A stretch of 64,000 bases of DNA, taken from assembly GCA_020137815.1 (NCBI GenBank), contig CM035358.1, forward strand, positions 1,860,001-1,924,000, read 5' to 3'. Of this stretch, positions 14,401-27,939 are shown in pieces. Made by a program: the position numbers and the translations under genes. Within the stretch, counting starts at the first letter, position 1; each line of letters begins with the position of its first letter. The DNA is from Hormiphora californensis. Its lineage: Eukaryota; Animalia; Ctenophora. The notes beneath the pieces were generated by a model. The model did not search any database and was not told where the DNA came from. It worked only from the letters and a program-made list of their open reading frames with translations.

Positions 14401-16806
14401 GAGGCACACGTGTATTCGGGTATCATGGAAAGTCACCAGATTCCTCTTTATCTTCAGCTCCTCCTGGAGATACGTCTCAAATTGTTCATCAATGTACGCC
14501 ACCAGAGGATCGTAACTGGGGAAATTAGGGGTCATACTCATAGTAAGTAAAGGGAGTTTTCTGGGGGTTATAGCTGGGAACTTTCTAGCTCTAAGGGAAG
14601 CTCCCTTTCGAATAGTAGAAAGGGAGTTTTCTTCATTAGGGACAAAGACTCTTTGATAGTCGAGGGTATGTATTTGTCATTCGTTACACTCTAGACTACT
14701 CACTAAAAACAACATCCCTCCCCTCAATTCTCTAAATATCCCATGCTCAGTGGTCTCATTAATTTACCTGTTTTCCTTGTTAATCTGGTCTCCATATCCA
14801 ACACTATCTACCAAGGTTAGTTTTAGTTTCACATTTCCCTCCTTCAGCCCGTATACCCTCTGGGAGACCTCGACACCGGGCTGGGTGTGGGTATGGATCT
14901 CATCTGGAGAAGAAAGTATTAGTCTCGTCTGCAGAAAGTATCAGTTTTACAGAGAGTTCAAGTCTAGAGAGTCAGAATTCAGAATTCAGAGATTGGGGTG
15001 TGAGGTTTGCTGTTAATGAGGAATACAGAGGGTAATTAGAATAGGAAGTTGGGGAGGCATTAACATTAAATCTGTCGAGGGGCATCAGACAAGATGGTGA
15101 TATATATAACGTACCATCAAAATCTGCTTTGAACAGACAATCCATTAGGGTGGATTTTCCAATACCGGTCTCCCCCACACACAGGATGTTCATATCGAAC
15201 CCAAGGTTGACACATTTGTTGACCAACTGATCAGGAAGGGAATCAAACCCGACATGATCTTGGAGGGTTAGGGTCCTGCCATCGGATCCCTGCGGGAGGG
15301 GGAATGTTATAAGAATGTATTATATATTTAGAGCAAAAACTAATTGAAATTAGTTCGCCGGAAAGGTGGCCCATTTTGTTCTTACTCCTTCATTTCCGTC
15401 ACCTTTGAGTTGAGGCTTCAAAGACATTGAGGTATCCGTATACTTTTCCGCCTTCAACTCAAAGGTGACGGAAATGAAGGAGTAAGAACAAAATGGGCCA
15501 CCTTTCCGGCGAACTAATTTCAATTAGTTTTTGCTCTAAATTTGTACTCTTTTTTTGGTCGTTTGAGGTCATTTATGACCTCAAACAACTAAGCTTATTG
15601 TCAACTAAAGTGTTCAAATGTAATTCAAATTTATCCTGGGTTGTAGGAAACTGATTTGACGAAATTTAAAAAATTCGACGTCGTTTTGACGTCGTGACGT
15701 CACACGTGACGTCACGACGACGTAAAAAATTATGACAGACTATTCAGCCAATGAAGCACTAAACGTGTGAAAAGTTTTAAAGGCCATGGTAGTGAAGAAC
15801 TGAAGTTATTGCACGAAATGTGAGTTTTTATGTGGATTTTCACATCAAATTTTTGAGTTCCGACGCGTTTTAAGGTCTGAAAATGAGAAGTTAGAGAAAA
15901 TCGCTATATAGTATCTGAAAGTTCAGACAATTTGCCACTAACGATTTTTAGTCAAATCAGGAATCAGATTACGTCTTGATGGTGTTAGAGGCGTTTGAAA
16001 ATATTTGGTCTGAGATTTTTCAATGACGTCACTTTGTGACGTCATTACGGTCGTCATAGTGAACATTTTCACTCGAAACCTGAACTAATACATGCCCCGA
16101 ACGATTTCCTAACGGATAAAACTTGGTTCAAGTCTCTAGCTAGTATGGTTCAGGCTACAAGTGTTACACAGTGAAGCGTCTATATCTATATATATATATA
16201 TATATACCTATCGCCACACTGAATTTTCTGTTTTGGGGGTGGTGTCATAACTTGCGACCGGAGTCAGCTAGCTACTTGAAATTTTTACCGTCAGTAGAGG
16301 TCTATGTGAAGCTTCTTAGTACCAAATTTCAGCCTCCTAGCTCATCTGGTTCCGGAGTTAGGAGGGGTTGAAAAGTGCCAAAATGGGCTAAAACTTCAAA
16401 ATTGTTATATCTACGCTGTTGGCAAGCGGGCCCACTTTTTCGGGAAAATGTTTAGGGGGGGGGGGAATGGGGCCACCTTTGCGCTTGCCAGCGCAGTGAT
16501 AGAGCAACTTTTGTTGTTCTAATCCTCCTTTAGATTTGTGCGAGGTGTAGTGAAACAGGTTCGAGGAAGGCAAAGAGCAACTTTGTAGCCATGTCATCAG
16601 AAGTTACGTAACACTTTGATGACGTCATCAGAAGTTACGTAACACTTTGATGACGTCATCAGAAGTTACATAACACTTTGATGACGTCATCAGAAGTTAC
16701 GTAACACTTTGATGGCGTCATCAGAAGTTACGTAACACATCATCACACTTACCAAGACACGTTCCACCTTCACGTGGGTCGATTGATTCGTTGTTCGTAC
16801 CACCAT
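10505..16806 (-). CDS. SEPT6: Septin, SEPT6/8/10/11 group, ~11 exons
   Basis: [22 protein letters not shown]1 [25 protein letters not shown]...[23 protein letters not shown] and a C-terminal coiled coil. Stop TAG at 10505-10507; proposed first exon 16753-16806. Confidence 0.92.
11450..12271. mobile_element. hAT-like MITE in a septin intron
   Basis: 8-bp TSD ATGCATAT (11442-11449 and 12272-12279); TIR TAGGGTGTGCTA. Confidence 0.85.
15327..16500 (+). mobile_element. Helentron/DINE-1-like non-autonomous element, copy 1
   Basis: Inverted repeat of ~85 bp at one end (15327-15540), subterminal aaggtggccc motifs, internal (TA)n, terminal hairpin tgcgct-tgcc-agcgca. Diverged inverted copy at 27940-29140. 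Confidence 0.65.
16590..16745. repeat. 30-bp tandem repeat (~5 copies) next to the septin first-exon donor
   Basis: gacgtcatcagaagttacgtaacactttgat repeated. Confidence 0.9.
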
Positions 16807-17105
16807 TGCAATACCTAACCTACAGCTACTGCATAGTTCTTGTTTTAGAATTTAGAGTTTACTTTTGAAATTGGGGATCAAAACCATTAGATGTGAGTTG
16901 TGACTTCAAAACTTGGGTATAAATATGACTAAAACGTCAACAAAACAATTCAATCAATTATCATAAACATGTTTCTGATGGCTTCACAGCTGAGGGTCAG
17001 CGCTGAGAAACCTCCCGATCCTAAAATGCTACCAAATGTTATCCTATTTCCATAGTTCTTGCTAGATGTTCTCTGTACATTTCCTGTAGTTCTTGTTACA
17101 TGACT

Positions 17106-18169
17106 CTAAGAAGCTGGCACTGGCTCCCCCTCTGTTGCCGTCTGAACCTCCACATCCAAATGGGTTGTGTCGCAGAATGGAGGGGTTTTCGTCTGTTTGC
17201 ACATACACAACCACCTGGAGAAGATATATATTCAGTCACAACTGAACTCAACTTTAGTGGAGGCGTGTCAAAAAGACCCTGTCTTCAAGAAATCATACTA
17301 CTTACTAAGCAAATTGTGTGACAGAGATCACCTAGCAACTACACTTGCACGTGCAATTATTAGAGTGACCTGGAGATCTCTCTCCCGGTTGAAGCTGGCT
17401 ACCAAGGGGAAATTCAATTCTGCACGTGCATTTACTTCTGTCCTTATGTCTAGCTCTTCCACCCCAAGCGCTATTCGACAACGGTTATATGTGTCCGAAG
17501 ATCTGCTGCTGTCAGAGAGCAGGCTAGAGAATATGACAGATTACGCCAACGTGTTCAAGCGAGCCAATCAACCACTGAGGATAGCTTTAGCCAACGTCGC
17601 CCAAGTAAAGAGTGATTACTCCAGTCGAATATAGAAATCTCCGAATCGGCTACATAGCGGTCAAGTTTTCACGTGCTGAGTTTCTGGAACAGCACTGCAC
17701 CTCCATGACATTGATCTCTTAAATTCGGACCTTGACATTACATTGTCAGGAAGCCCAGAGCGTACAACAACATGAGTAGGGAAAAAGTGAGAGATAGGCT
17801 AGGAACGGATGGTGCAGGTGATGTCAGCGTTCCCTAATCAAGCTACAATTTCCCCGAAATTCGCCCGTAGGGCGAACGGGCCTACTAGTTGTTAATTAAT
17901 GGATTTGTTAATTACCTTGATTTGGTTTTCTCTGCAGTAAAGGACACCGGTTTAATGGATCCACTACTGTGTGATCCATCACAGAACGGCTGTGTCTTGC
18001 TAGCCCCACATGCACACCACAGGTAGGTCTTGCCCTCGGTAAGAGGCTGGTAGGTCGGTAATCGTGCAGAAACTAGGGGAGCATCCCCTGCTTCAAGAGT
18101 TTTTGAGGACCGGAACCTTCCCACGGTGTTATCCATCAACACCTGGCGGGAGAGAGGTGAGGGAGAGGA

Positions 18170-18203
<34 letters not shown>

Positions 18204-18506
18204 GGAGTGGGGAGAGGGAGAGAGAGAGATAGGGAGTGTGGGGAGGGAGAGGAATAAAGGAACGCGTAGTGGCATGGTAGTGAATAGAAGGTTGTTACAC
18301 TCTGGAAAACGTGACAGTATCCCTTTACTTCTAGGGGGGTTAGGGCCGGAGAGGTTAGGGCCGGAGAGAGAGAGAGTGTGGGGAGAGGAGAGAGATGAGA
18401 GAGTTTGGGGAGAGGAGAGAGATGAGGGAGAGGAGATGAGAGGTGAGAGAGTTTGGGGAATGGGGAGAGGAGAGAGAGAGATGAGGGAGAGAGAGAGGGA
18501 GAGAGG

Positions 18507-18581
<75 letters not shown>

Positions 18582-19315
18582 GGAGTGTGGAGAGGGAGAG
18601 AGATAGGGAGTGTGGGGAGGGAGAGAGATAGGGAGTATGGGGAGGGAGAGGAATAAAGGAACGCGTAGTGGTAGTGAATAGAAGGTTGTTACACTCTGGA
18701 AAAAGTGACAGCTATCCCTTTACTTCTACTCTCACACTTTCTTACAAATCAGAGTTTCTACCTTAATATGAGTCATGTCACAAAGAGGCCCATTGTTAGT
18801 GTTCTTACAGCAGCACATAAGTGCCGTCTTGCTTTCCTCTGCTACGAACTTTATTGGTACAAAACCTGTGGGACATTATATCTGGTCAGTGGTAATTTCG
18901 CAAAGGCGGATTGCACTTTTTATAATTTTGTTTGAATTCATGAAAAACAAATACCTGAACCGCGGTGTGACCCATCACACATAGGCTGTTTGCTGCTCTG
19001 CCCACATGTGCACCAGGCGTACTTTTTACCTTTCTCCAACTAATGATGGGGTTGTCAGTCATTAGTGGACAATTTACAATGTCATACAATGCCAGATAAC
19101 GTGCAATTCATGTTTCAAAATGTTGCAAAAATAAAACCACAAAATACCTTGAAGGGTTTAGGTAGGTTCCTATTAGAAATAACTGTGGGTCTGGTGGTCA
19201 TTTGTCGGACAAGAAGCAGCTGGAACGCTTTCATGGCTACAAACATGAAACAATGAATATGAAAATAAAATGATATTTATATGATGGAAATGATTCCCTT
19301 ACCTTCAGCAGACAT
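17106..19315 (-). CDS. CISD3: CISD3/MiNT-like CDGSH iron-sulfur protein with four CDGSH-type motifs, 6 exons
   Basis: Spliced translation gives WCTCGQSSKQPMCDGSH, MCCCKNTNNGPLCDMTH, WCACGASKTQPFCDGSH and LCMCKQTKTPPFCDTTH. Basic N-terminus resembles a mitochondrial presequence. Stop TAG at 17106-17108. Confidence 0.85.
17300..17888 (+). mobile_element. Helitron-like non-autonomous element (3' end clear, 5' end approximate)
   Basis: Hairpin ttcgcccgtagggcgaa followed by CTAG; related inverted copy starting at 57186. Confidence 0.6.
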
Positions 19316-19359
19316 CTTATGATATGAGGAAGCTACTTAGTGGCGACTCGCCTCCCAAG

Positions 19360-19429
19360 GTCTTTTTGTTCCCCTTTTTGGGCCCCCCCCTTTTTTTTTT
19401 TTCCCCCCGGGGGGGGGTGGGGGGGGTTT

Positions 19430-19460
<31 letters not shown>

Positions 19461-19616
19461 GGGTGGGGGGGGGGGGGGGGGCCCCCCCCCCCGGGGGGGG
19501 GGGGGGGGGTTTTAAAAAGGGGGGGGGGGTCGGGGGGGTGGGGGTTTTTTGGGGGGGGGGGGGGGGGGTTTTTTGGGGGGGGGGTTTTTTGGGTTTGGGG
19601 GGGGGGGGGGGGGTTT

Positions 19617-19663
<47 letters not shown>

Positions 19664-20070
19664 GGGGGGGGGGGGGGGGGGTTTTTGTTTTTTTTTGGGG
19701 TTTTTTTTTTAAAAAAAAATTTTGGGGTGAAATTTTGGGTTTTTTTCCAAAAGGCAAAAAAAAAAAAAAAATTAAAAATACCGGGGGTTTTGGGGGGCCC
19801 CGTTTTTAAAAAAGGGGTTTAAAAAGGAAAAAAAAAAACACAAGAAAAATAATTAAGTTATTTAGAAATTTTAAAGCCCTTTTTTTAACCAAACATTAAA
19901 AATAAAAATTTCCTCCTTTGGGGGGGGGGGGGGCCGGTCCCCGGTTTTGTCTCTCCCCCCCCCCCCCCCTTTTCCCTTTTTTTTGGGTTTAAAACCCCGA
20001 CCTAAAAAGGTTTTTTTTCACAAAGTTTTTTTTTTGGGGAAAATCAGCATTTTTTGGGGGGAAACAAAAA
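19360..20070. other. Probable low-quality or artefactual sequence (homopolymer-rich)
   Basis: Long G/T/A/C runs. The part at ~19930-20070 reads as a garbled version of the MITE arm seen cleanly at 31980-32120. Confidence 0.75.
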
Positions 20071-20704
20071 CCTGACTAAATTTTTTCAACTTGGGGCAAA
20101 ACCATGGGTGTCAAAAGTTAGCTCTAGGTCCCCTGAGTAACCATCCGGAGACTCCAAGAGATATTTCAAGCCGTTCTCCCGTAATCATTAATCCCGGTGG
20201 AGAAAAAAATACAATGCGGACGTACGTGAGCGCTGGCAGGCTGTTTACATGTTATTGTATCTCTCTCACTCTCTCTGGAAAAACCGCACGTGCGGCTGCG
20301 CCGCGCGAGATAACTCTTTCTCAAGGGGGAGAAAAGAGAGAGACGCACATTAACGTTATACATTAAAGTTGAGGTTGTAGGCAATTGCACGTACGTCCAT
20401 ACTCAAATATGTGCTCTACCGGGATTAATGCTTACAGGAGAACGGCTTGAAATATCTCTTGGAGTCTCCGGATGGTTACTCAGGGGACCTAGAGCTAACT
20501 TTTGACACCCATGGTTTTGCCCCAAGTTGAAAAAATTTAGTCAGGTTTTTGTTATGATCAGCAACATTTCAACTGCTGATTACGCCAAGATGAAAACAGT
20601 TTGTGAAAAAGTAACACCTGTTTAGAGGTCGTGTCGAGGCTCCAAACAGATGTGACAAAAACTGGAACAATTGGGAGAGGTCGATGTAGTTATCGACTCT
20701 ACTA
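19910..20704. mobile_element. MITE of the TAGTAGAGTCGATAA family (inverted copy of 31956-32748); left end garbled
   Basis: 20065-20704 is near-identical to the reverse complement of the 31956 element; right terminus ...TTATCGACTCTACTA. Confidence 0.85.
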
Positions 20705-21240
20705 TATAGTGTTTTTTGGATTCTTTGAGCTGCCGTGCCTTCTCCAGCAGCGCCAAAAGGGTTGCTCTCTTCTCAAGAGATACCAAGAGCGGCCTAGGGC
20801 GTTCTTCGTTCCTCTCACCGATACGTTTCATGTTATCAATTTTCGATTTTTCGTTCAATTCTTCAAATAGCTCATCCAGATTGGTTCTCTCAGCATTCTC
20901 AGTTGTTTCTGGGAGCCCAAATATTACCAAGTTCTTCTCTCAATTTTCCTGGGGTACTACTGTAGCAGGAGGAGGCTTAGAAGTTGGTGGCTTAGGAGGA
21001 GTTGGTAGCTTTTTCGCCACAGGGGAGGCTGCAGCATAATTTTGAGCTAGGACTGTCGAGTAGGCTTTCACCTTCTGCACTGACGTTTCCACTGCGCTCA
21101 GTTGACATAATGTCAAGAATCTTCTGTTGTGAAACAACGGAGCGGCTCTGCGTGGTTAATTGGAATCTTTTTACAGCATCTAACGTCGAGTTTACACGCT
21201 TTACTTCAATTCAAGAGACGTCCGGTGTTTTCAAAGGAAC
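20705..21240 (-). mobile_element. Decayed LINE ORF1 fragment related to the ORF at 50179-51141, interrupted by the MITE
   Basis: NLVIFGLPE...FEELNEK...RIGERNEERPRPLLVSL...LLEKARQLK parallels NLMVFGLPE...FAELGEK...RPVIVKL...LLQKAKQLK; contains an in-frame stop. Confidence 0.75.
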
Positions 21241-21764
21241 ACGACTGTGCGGGTGTGCCATTATAGTGTTGTGTTGGCACACGGAGAATATGGGAGTGGC
21301 AAGAGTGGCTTCACAATCCACCACTCCTGGTACACCACGCACGTGTTTTCAGAACAGAATTTAGAGAAAAAAGTTTAGCTAAATTTTTTGTCGGCGCGGC
21401 GGGTGTGATCCGCGCACTGCTGCACATGTCAAGCCGCGCACTCAGCTCAGTCTCAAACGAAATTGAAAACGCGAACGGTCCGAACGTTCGCGAACTCAAG
21501 ATGGCCGTTTTTTTAAAAAAGCGGAGTTTTGTTTTAGCCTTTTTCGGCGTCGTCCAGCGTCCGTCCTCGTAATCTCTTTGTGCTACTATTGCAGAGAAAC
21601 TGATTATGAAGCAATTGTTAGACGTGCTCGTTGCTCCACCAAAAGTGCATCTAGGTCCTTTAAAATTCTAGAGTCTGGACCGTTAAAACTTAAAATTGAA
21701 ATATATGTGCTTGATTTAGACTAATAAAGTAACCTCAACTCTAATTACCGATAACAAAGGCACT

Positions 21765-23330
21765 ATGGCACGATTTAACTTAACCCTGATGACTTCCTTC
21801 TTCTCTGCCCTCTTTCTATCCATCATCTTCGTTTCTGGACTCTACCTCTGGCCACAAAAGTATCACCGAAACCATCCAACTTGCATCAAGCAGCGGTAAG
21901 AAACGGAGGAGTAATGAGAATTGTAGTTTGAATTATTTGGTTACACTGGTATAATAGTCGAGTCTTTGTTTATCAATTTATCTAAATCCACCCAATCCAC
22001 AGAATTGTGAGTGCCCTGCTGGCTACTCTCTTATCGCCGTTATTCCTGGTAGCCATGGTAACGGATTTAGATCAGAGCCCTTCACTACTTCAACTCATTG
22101 GAATTTCAGTTCAACCTGTAGCTGTTGTAGCTCCTCTTATTCTTTCTATCATGCTTTTTACAGGTAGAGTTACCCAAACCAACAATCAATGACTAATTTG
22201 TTAAATCTGTTTTAAAGATAATATTATTTCCGCCTTTTCAGGCCCCCTGATACAATCGTATTTGGGTGGTCAGCCCCTTATTGACTTGGATAGTAACCTG
22301 TTAATTCTAAGAAATCTAATCGTGGCACCTCTCACGGAAGAGTTAGGTAAGTTCACTTGGTTTTCCCTTTCCTCACAAATCACAATTAACTCTTGGAAAC
22401 GCAATTACCCCTACCTTGCGGGCACGCGAAAACGTGCCTTACTATCGCAATGCCCTAGTTAGTTTCTGTAGAGGGGTAATTTCGTTTTAATTTCCGCGTG
22501 TTCACAAATTGTTTTGTCCTAATTTAGACTTAGATAGCTACTATAATTGTTTGCTAACACTAATCCCTTAGTATTTAGAAGTTACCTCACGCCATTGCTC
22601 TACCCCACGATGGGTTGGTGGGGAGTGGTCATCTTTCAACCACTGTTCTTCGGGGTCGCTCATCTCCATCACGCGGTATGTGAGACGATATTTTATCTGA
22701 GACGACTTACTATGTGATATACCACGGAGAAGTATATGATATTTAATACCTACACAGGTATACCCTTAAACAGATTTGATTTTAGGTTGAATTACTGCGA
22801 AACGGTACACCCTTCCTCACTGTAGTGATCTCCAAGACCTTCCAAATTGCCTATACTAGTGTTTTTGGGGCATTCTCATGTTACTGCCTTCTGGCTACCG
22901 GTTCGGTAAGTCATATTTACAAACAATCTAACCACTTTGTGGGCACTTGATTATTACATTATACCGTGCAAACTATCCGTACTGTTTCCGCTTTTTCCGA
23001 TTTGAAACGGAATTATTGATTGAAAACACTACTTGGATAACCACAAACCCTTGCCCATTACATTCCGATCGGATATTCGCCCATGGTATACGCTACAAAC
23101 TAACTGTTCATTCCTGAAAGTTACACTTCTCTACGTGACAGGTGATTGGCGTTATCCTGAGTCACAGTTTTTGTAACATGATGGGATTCCCTGACTTTGC
23201 GGGCATTCAACGATCCAGTCATCCAATAACCATTACTCTGGCATACATTTTCGGACTTGTCATGTTTTGTTGGTGTGCCCCTATTATACTGGACTGTAAA
23301 TTGTTTACTGGGGTTTATTGTGATAAGTGA
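21765..23330 (+). CDS. RCE1: CAAX prenyl protease 2 (Ras-converting enzyme 1), ~6 exons
   Basis: GLYLW...RNHPTCIKQR, RNLIVAPLTEEL|VFR, PLFFGVAHLHH and HSFCNMMGFPD catalytic motifs. Confidence 0.92.
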
Positions 23331-23635
23331 TTGAACTGATTTATAGTTACTTGACTTGTTCCCTTTATTTGAAGTCTTCTTCTTCTACAATTCACTTGGT
23401 TATTATGAAGTTCTTACTTGAAGTAGTGAGAAAGAGTGTCGACAGTCGAGCAAGGCAAAGAAGTTCCTGCCATTACAAAAAACTTATTTTTAGTTTGGAA
23501 ACGATTGGAAATAATAAAACACGAGTTTTATAACAAACAGTATTTACAATTGAATATGAATTATGTTTGCATATTATGTAATACCAAACTTTATACACAA
23601 TTGAGTTTTGTACAGTGTGCGTGTTTTATGTTTGT

Positions 23636-26600
23636 TTACTGGGGATCCAGAGGGATCTCACAGACGAATTCACGTCTCTCGCTACAGTTCTGGTGATGGA
23701 ATCGGAATGTCCAGCTCCCTGAAAGTATTCAGCTGTTAGGAGGCATACAATTTATAACCATAAAAACATGTAATATTAGTATTGGTGTATTGTTTCATGT
23801 CTGTGTGTGTAATATGTGTATTGTGTGTGTGTATTGTGTGTGTGTCCCTGTTTCATGGGCATAACTGATAACGTCACGGTGAAAACTTACTGTCTCTGTT
23901 CATTCCCTGGTTCATATAACAGGCGTTGTCATGGTGATGGAGTGGATGGGCGCCACGGGCAGGCAGGTTCTTGTGGATGGTCCTGGTATCCTCACGGGTT
24001 ACAGTCCTCCATTGATTGACATCGTGACTGTTGCCGGTGGAACAGAAGAATCCAAGCCAATGCCAATCTCCTCGCCTGTATACGTTGTTGGTTACCCAAA
24101 GCATCTCTTCCCAGTCGTTTGGCACGAAAAGATGTCCGTTCATGTTGTTACATCTGTGAAAAAGGGGAGGAAGGGAAGGGTTAGCAATGCAATTATTACG
24201 AATTTCTGTTTTTATTTCAAAGCTTAAAGTAAGAGTGGCGCACCTTGTTTTCTCACAGAACTTAGTGGATGAACGGGGAGTACCACCAGGACCATTGGTA
24301 CGGTATCGAAAATTTCCAATTCTGTCTCGTTCATTAGTTATGACGTAATATGTTCATTATTTCAACTTTCATAAAATTGCTCTACAGAAAAATCTGTGCA
24401 TTGTGGATTGAAATGGATGCTTGCATCGTTTTGAGCGTCATATATGTACTATACTGTACATACTATAATATCGTATAGCTCTACAAATGGAGTCTTATTA
24501 GACAACTCATCAGATATACCGGCTCACGTATCAGTGCACAATTACATAGAAGCAGGCATGGCAACTGGCAAATGCCAGATCACATGCTTGGCGGGGAAAT
24601 CAGGCGGTATGGTACCATACCGCAAGTATTCTTGTTATCGTAAGAAATAAATAAAAAAATAAATAAATAACTAAATACAAAAACTTACTCCTGTTCGGCA
24701 TCGGGGAACCTGTTTGGCCCCATACTCTCCTTATAACAGATACCCTTCTTAGCCCAAAGCTTGGCTCCAGCAGGACAAGCGTTGTTCTTGCCAGCTTTCT
24801 GTAAGAGAGTTGTTTAAATAACTAGCTCAAATCGAGCTAGAGCTACTGTTTCCATGACAGTACAATTAGCTGCTTTCACTCACCACTTTGTAGGTAGGCT
24901 TCCAGTTACCGGCGTGCCTAGCGCGGCAATGACCGAGAAGAGGGTATTTGTAGTATCGCTTTTGCCAGTCCTGTTCGGGCAAAAAGAATTGCTTACACGT
25001 GAGTAAAGGGTTAACAATGGAGTAAATAGGGGATTGTTGAGTTTCCAGGATAGCTAATCACGGCTGCTAATGAGGGATCAATATGTTGAACAGTCACGAG
25101 ATCTACTATTTAACATCGTCATCCCTCGATTTTTCGTTAACAACAATTTAATAACTCCTATCATACTTACACTTCCGGAGGTGGACATATCGCCACCGCC
25201 GCCACCACCGTTGGTACCATATACGTATGTATCAGTACAGAAAGAACCACCCGAGCTTGTGGTAGTCTTCTTTTTGGCAGCAACGGCCACGGCCACCAAA
25301 ACTGGGGGAGAATGTTGTTGGAGTTGACTGATATTAGGGGGGGGGTGACACGTAACACTTTGTAACACTTTGTAACATGTAACGTGCACAAAAAGTTTTC
25401 TGCACATGTTACAAAGTGTTACATAGTGTTACAAAGTGTTACAAAGTGTTACATAGTGTTACAAAGTGTTACAAATTGTTACAAAGTGTTACAAAGTGTT
25501 ACAAATTGTTACAAAGTGTTACAAATTGTTACAAAACACAAGGATTTGTAGCGAAGCAAATTTTCAACGGTTGGTGAATAAGTAATTTGAACGACTTTGG
25601 TGTCTTTCTAGAACACATCTAAAAGTTTTAAATCATTTCTAGGGTTAAAACATACACTTTTTTACTAATTTGCGGATGTTTTGAGCCTCCGATGTCATCG
25701 ACTGTGGAAATCAGGGCTGAAATAGTCCATTTGGTAAAGAAAAATATGAACTTTAGACAACGGTAAAGTTTTTAGAGTGATATTAGAAGTATTGTGCCTC
25801 TCATGTGCTGAGTCACCTGTGAGTTGTGACCCAATCGACTTTTTTCATTGGTAATCGATTCTTTGTACTTAATAAGATGATATACAACGTTTCTGTTGGA
25901 AAAAGAAATAAAATTTTTCCAAAATCAATTTTTTGGTCAAAGATTGAAAATTTGCTTCGCTACAAATCCTTGTGTTTTTGTAACAATTTGTAACACTTTG
26001 TAACAATTTGTAACACTTTGTGACACTATGTAACACTATGTAACACTTTGTGACACTTTGTAACACTTTGTAACACTATGTAACACTTTGTAACACTTTG
26101 TAACACTTTGTAACACTATGTAACACTTTGTAACACTATGTAACACTATGTAACACTTTGTAACACTATGTAACACTTTGTAACACTATGTAACACTATG
26201 TAACACTATGTAACACTTTGTAACATGTAACGTGCACAAAAAGTTTTCTGCACATGTTACAAAGTGTTACAAAGTGTTACGTGTCACCCCCCCCGATATT
26301 AGCCCTCACGATTCACTATTATAGGTACAGTATCCTATGTGATCCTATTTGGCCCTGCTATACATATGATTGAAAAGGAGCCCGGACACAAGACATTGCG
26401 AGGAAGTAACACTAGCATGCCAGTACTCATTTTTTCCCCACCTGGGTAAATGTCGAAAGCATTCGCCCAGATGCCTTAAGCCTTTTGCAAAAAGGCATAG
26501 GGGTTAAGAATTCGACAATTTTACATACTAGTGAGATGTCACGCTTTTTTGTCCTGTAAAGTAACCTCTTCCTTAAGAAATCCTTCATCTCACACACACA

Positions 26601-27263
26601 CACACACACGCTTCGTTGATGCAACAAAGGCGATGATTAACACGCATTGGGGCACGCAATTACTGACTAATAGCACTTCCTACTTTCACCTGAAATCACT
26701 TTGGGCGCCCTACAGCCATGCCATGAAGTGATAGCAAGTCTTCCAATCATACAACTACTATCACACAATTGCAAGTGACTCAAGTTAAGATTAGGTTAAA
26801 GTTGAAGCACTTGGTAACTAACTAGGGTCTCCTAAGCAACTGCCTTGCATACCATAGCAACTACTTTGGTTACCATAGCAACTACTTTGGTTACCATAGC
26901 AACTAACATCGCATCAGCCAAAAAATGCCCTTTGAACACAAAATTCATCACTAAATCTAGTTTTGAAGCTTATTCATCAACTTTACACCCTTTGTGGCGG
27001 GGAAACACTGCATCATGAATGCATAATGTAATAATTCTTGTTATCACTTTCTCAGCAAAAGGAGTACTGGATCGAAATATTATTCTTGATTTGATAGTCA
27101 CTACACTAGTCACTATAAGTTGGTAAATAATACAGAACTCATATTCATCAATTGTTTGGTTTTCCAGCTTGATACGACTTTAAAAAATCCGACTTTATTA
27201 TCTATATCTCATTGCTTTAAAAACATAATTTAACTTACCGGCGACAACAATCAGGGTCTTCAT
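23636..27263 (-). CDS. Secreted C-type lectin-domain protein, paralog A (6 exons)
   Basis: Signal peptide MKTLIVVAVLVAVAVA; CPAGAKLWAKKGICYK...FPDAEQECNNMNGHL...EEMLWV...WHWLG...C...NCSERREFVCEI gives the CTLD cysteine and WLG pattern. Confidence 0.8.
25338..26294. mobile_element. Foldback-type element with 8-bp TSD and 10-bp tandem subrepeats
   Basis: TSD GATATTAG (25330-25337 and 26295-26302); TIR G8-TGACACGTAAC; arrays of tgtaacactt in both orientations. Not seen in the matching intron of paralog B. Confidence 0.85.
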
Positions 27264-27939
27264 TCCGCCCTTCTAAAGAAATAGAATGGAAATTTAGCTA
27301 ATTGTACGAACTGCATCGAGGACGCGAGGTCGAGCAAGGTACTGGCAACGAGAAAGAGGGTGTGATCTGAGAAGGTCAATTCTTTATTCTCAGTGGAGTA
27401 ATTGATACGAGAGTGAACGGAATCGGAAGATATTTTGGATGAGAATCACGGTTTTTTCACTAACAACATCTGTATAAAGCTAACTGCATAAGTTTTTTCT
27501 CAGAATCATACCCACACACAACTAGACTGATATCGCTTTATGTGCTATAGCGACTGTATTGTCTATGGATTATGTATCGTCCTCACATGTCACATATATA
27601 CCGGTAAATAACAATTAGTTCTCATCGAGGGGGTGTGTGAACCTCTGTATGTTCACGTTCTCCCTTTCGGGTAGTCTATAGATGGTGGGATGTGGCAGTG
27701 AGATAGCTAGCTTGGTTAGGGCTTTGTCAACATTCAACAAGCTATTTATATTGGGAGGAGGGAACAGTCCCTAACATGCATTTTCATGTACACAAAATAA
27801 ATCACTGTCACATCCTGCCATCTATAGACTACCATCCCAGTGCTTGAGTGCCCCCCCCCCCCCCCCCCCGCTTGAGTCCCGATCGTTGGAGAATGTGAAA
27901 ATAAAGAGGTTCCCAACTCTTGGTGAAAACAATTAATTA

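Noticed and set aside
19324-19822. Gly-rich and Pro-rich ORFs or a G-quadruplex island
   Set aside because: Homopolymer-degraded sequence that grades into a garbled copy of a known MITE arm; most likely a sequencing or assembly artefact.
20705-21660. A third SL-bearing LINE 5' end
   Set aside because: No SL-like motif is visible upstream of this decayed ORF1 fragment.
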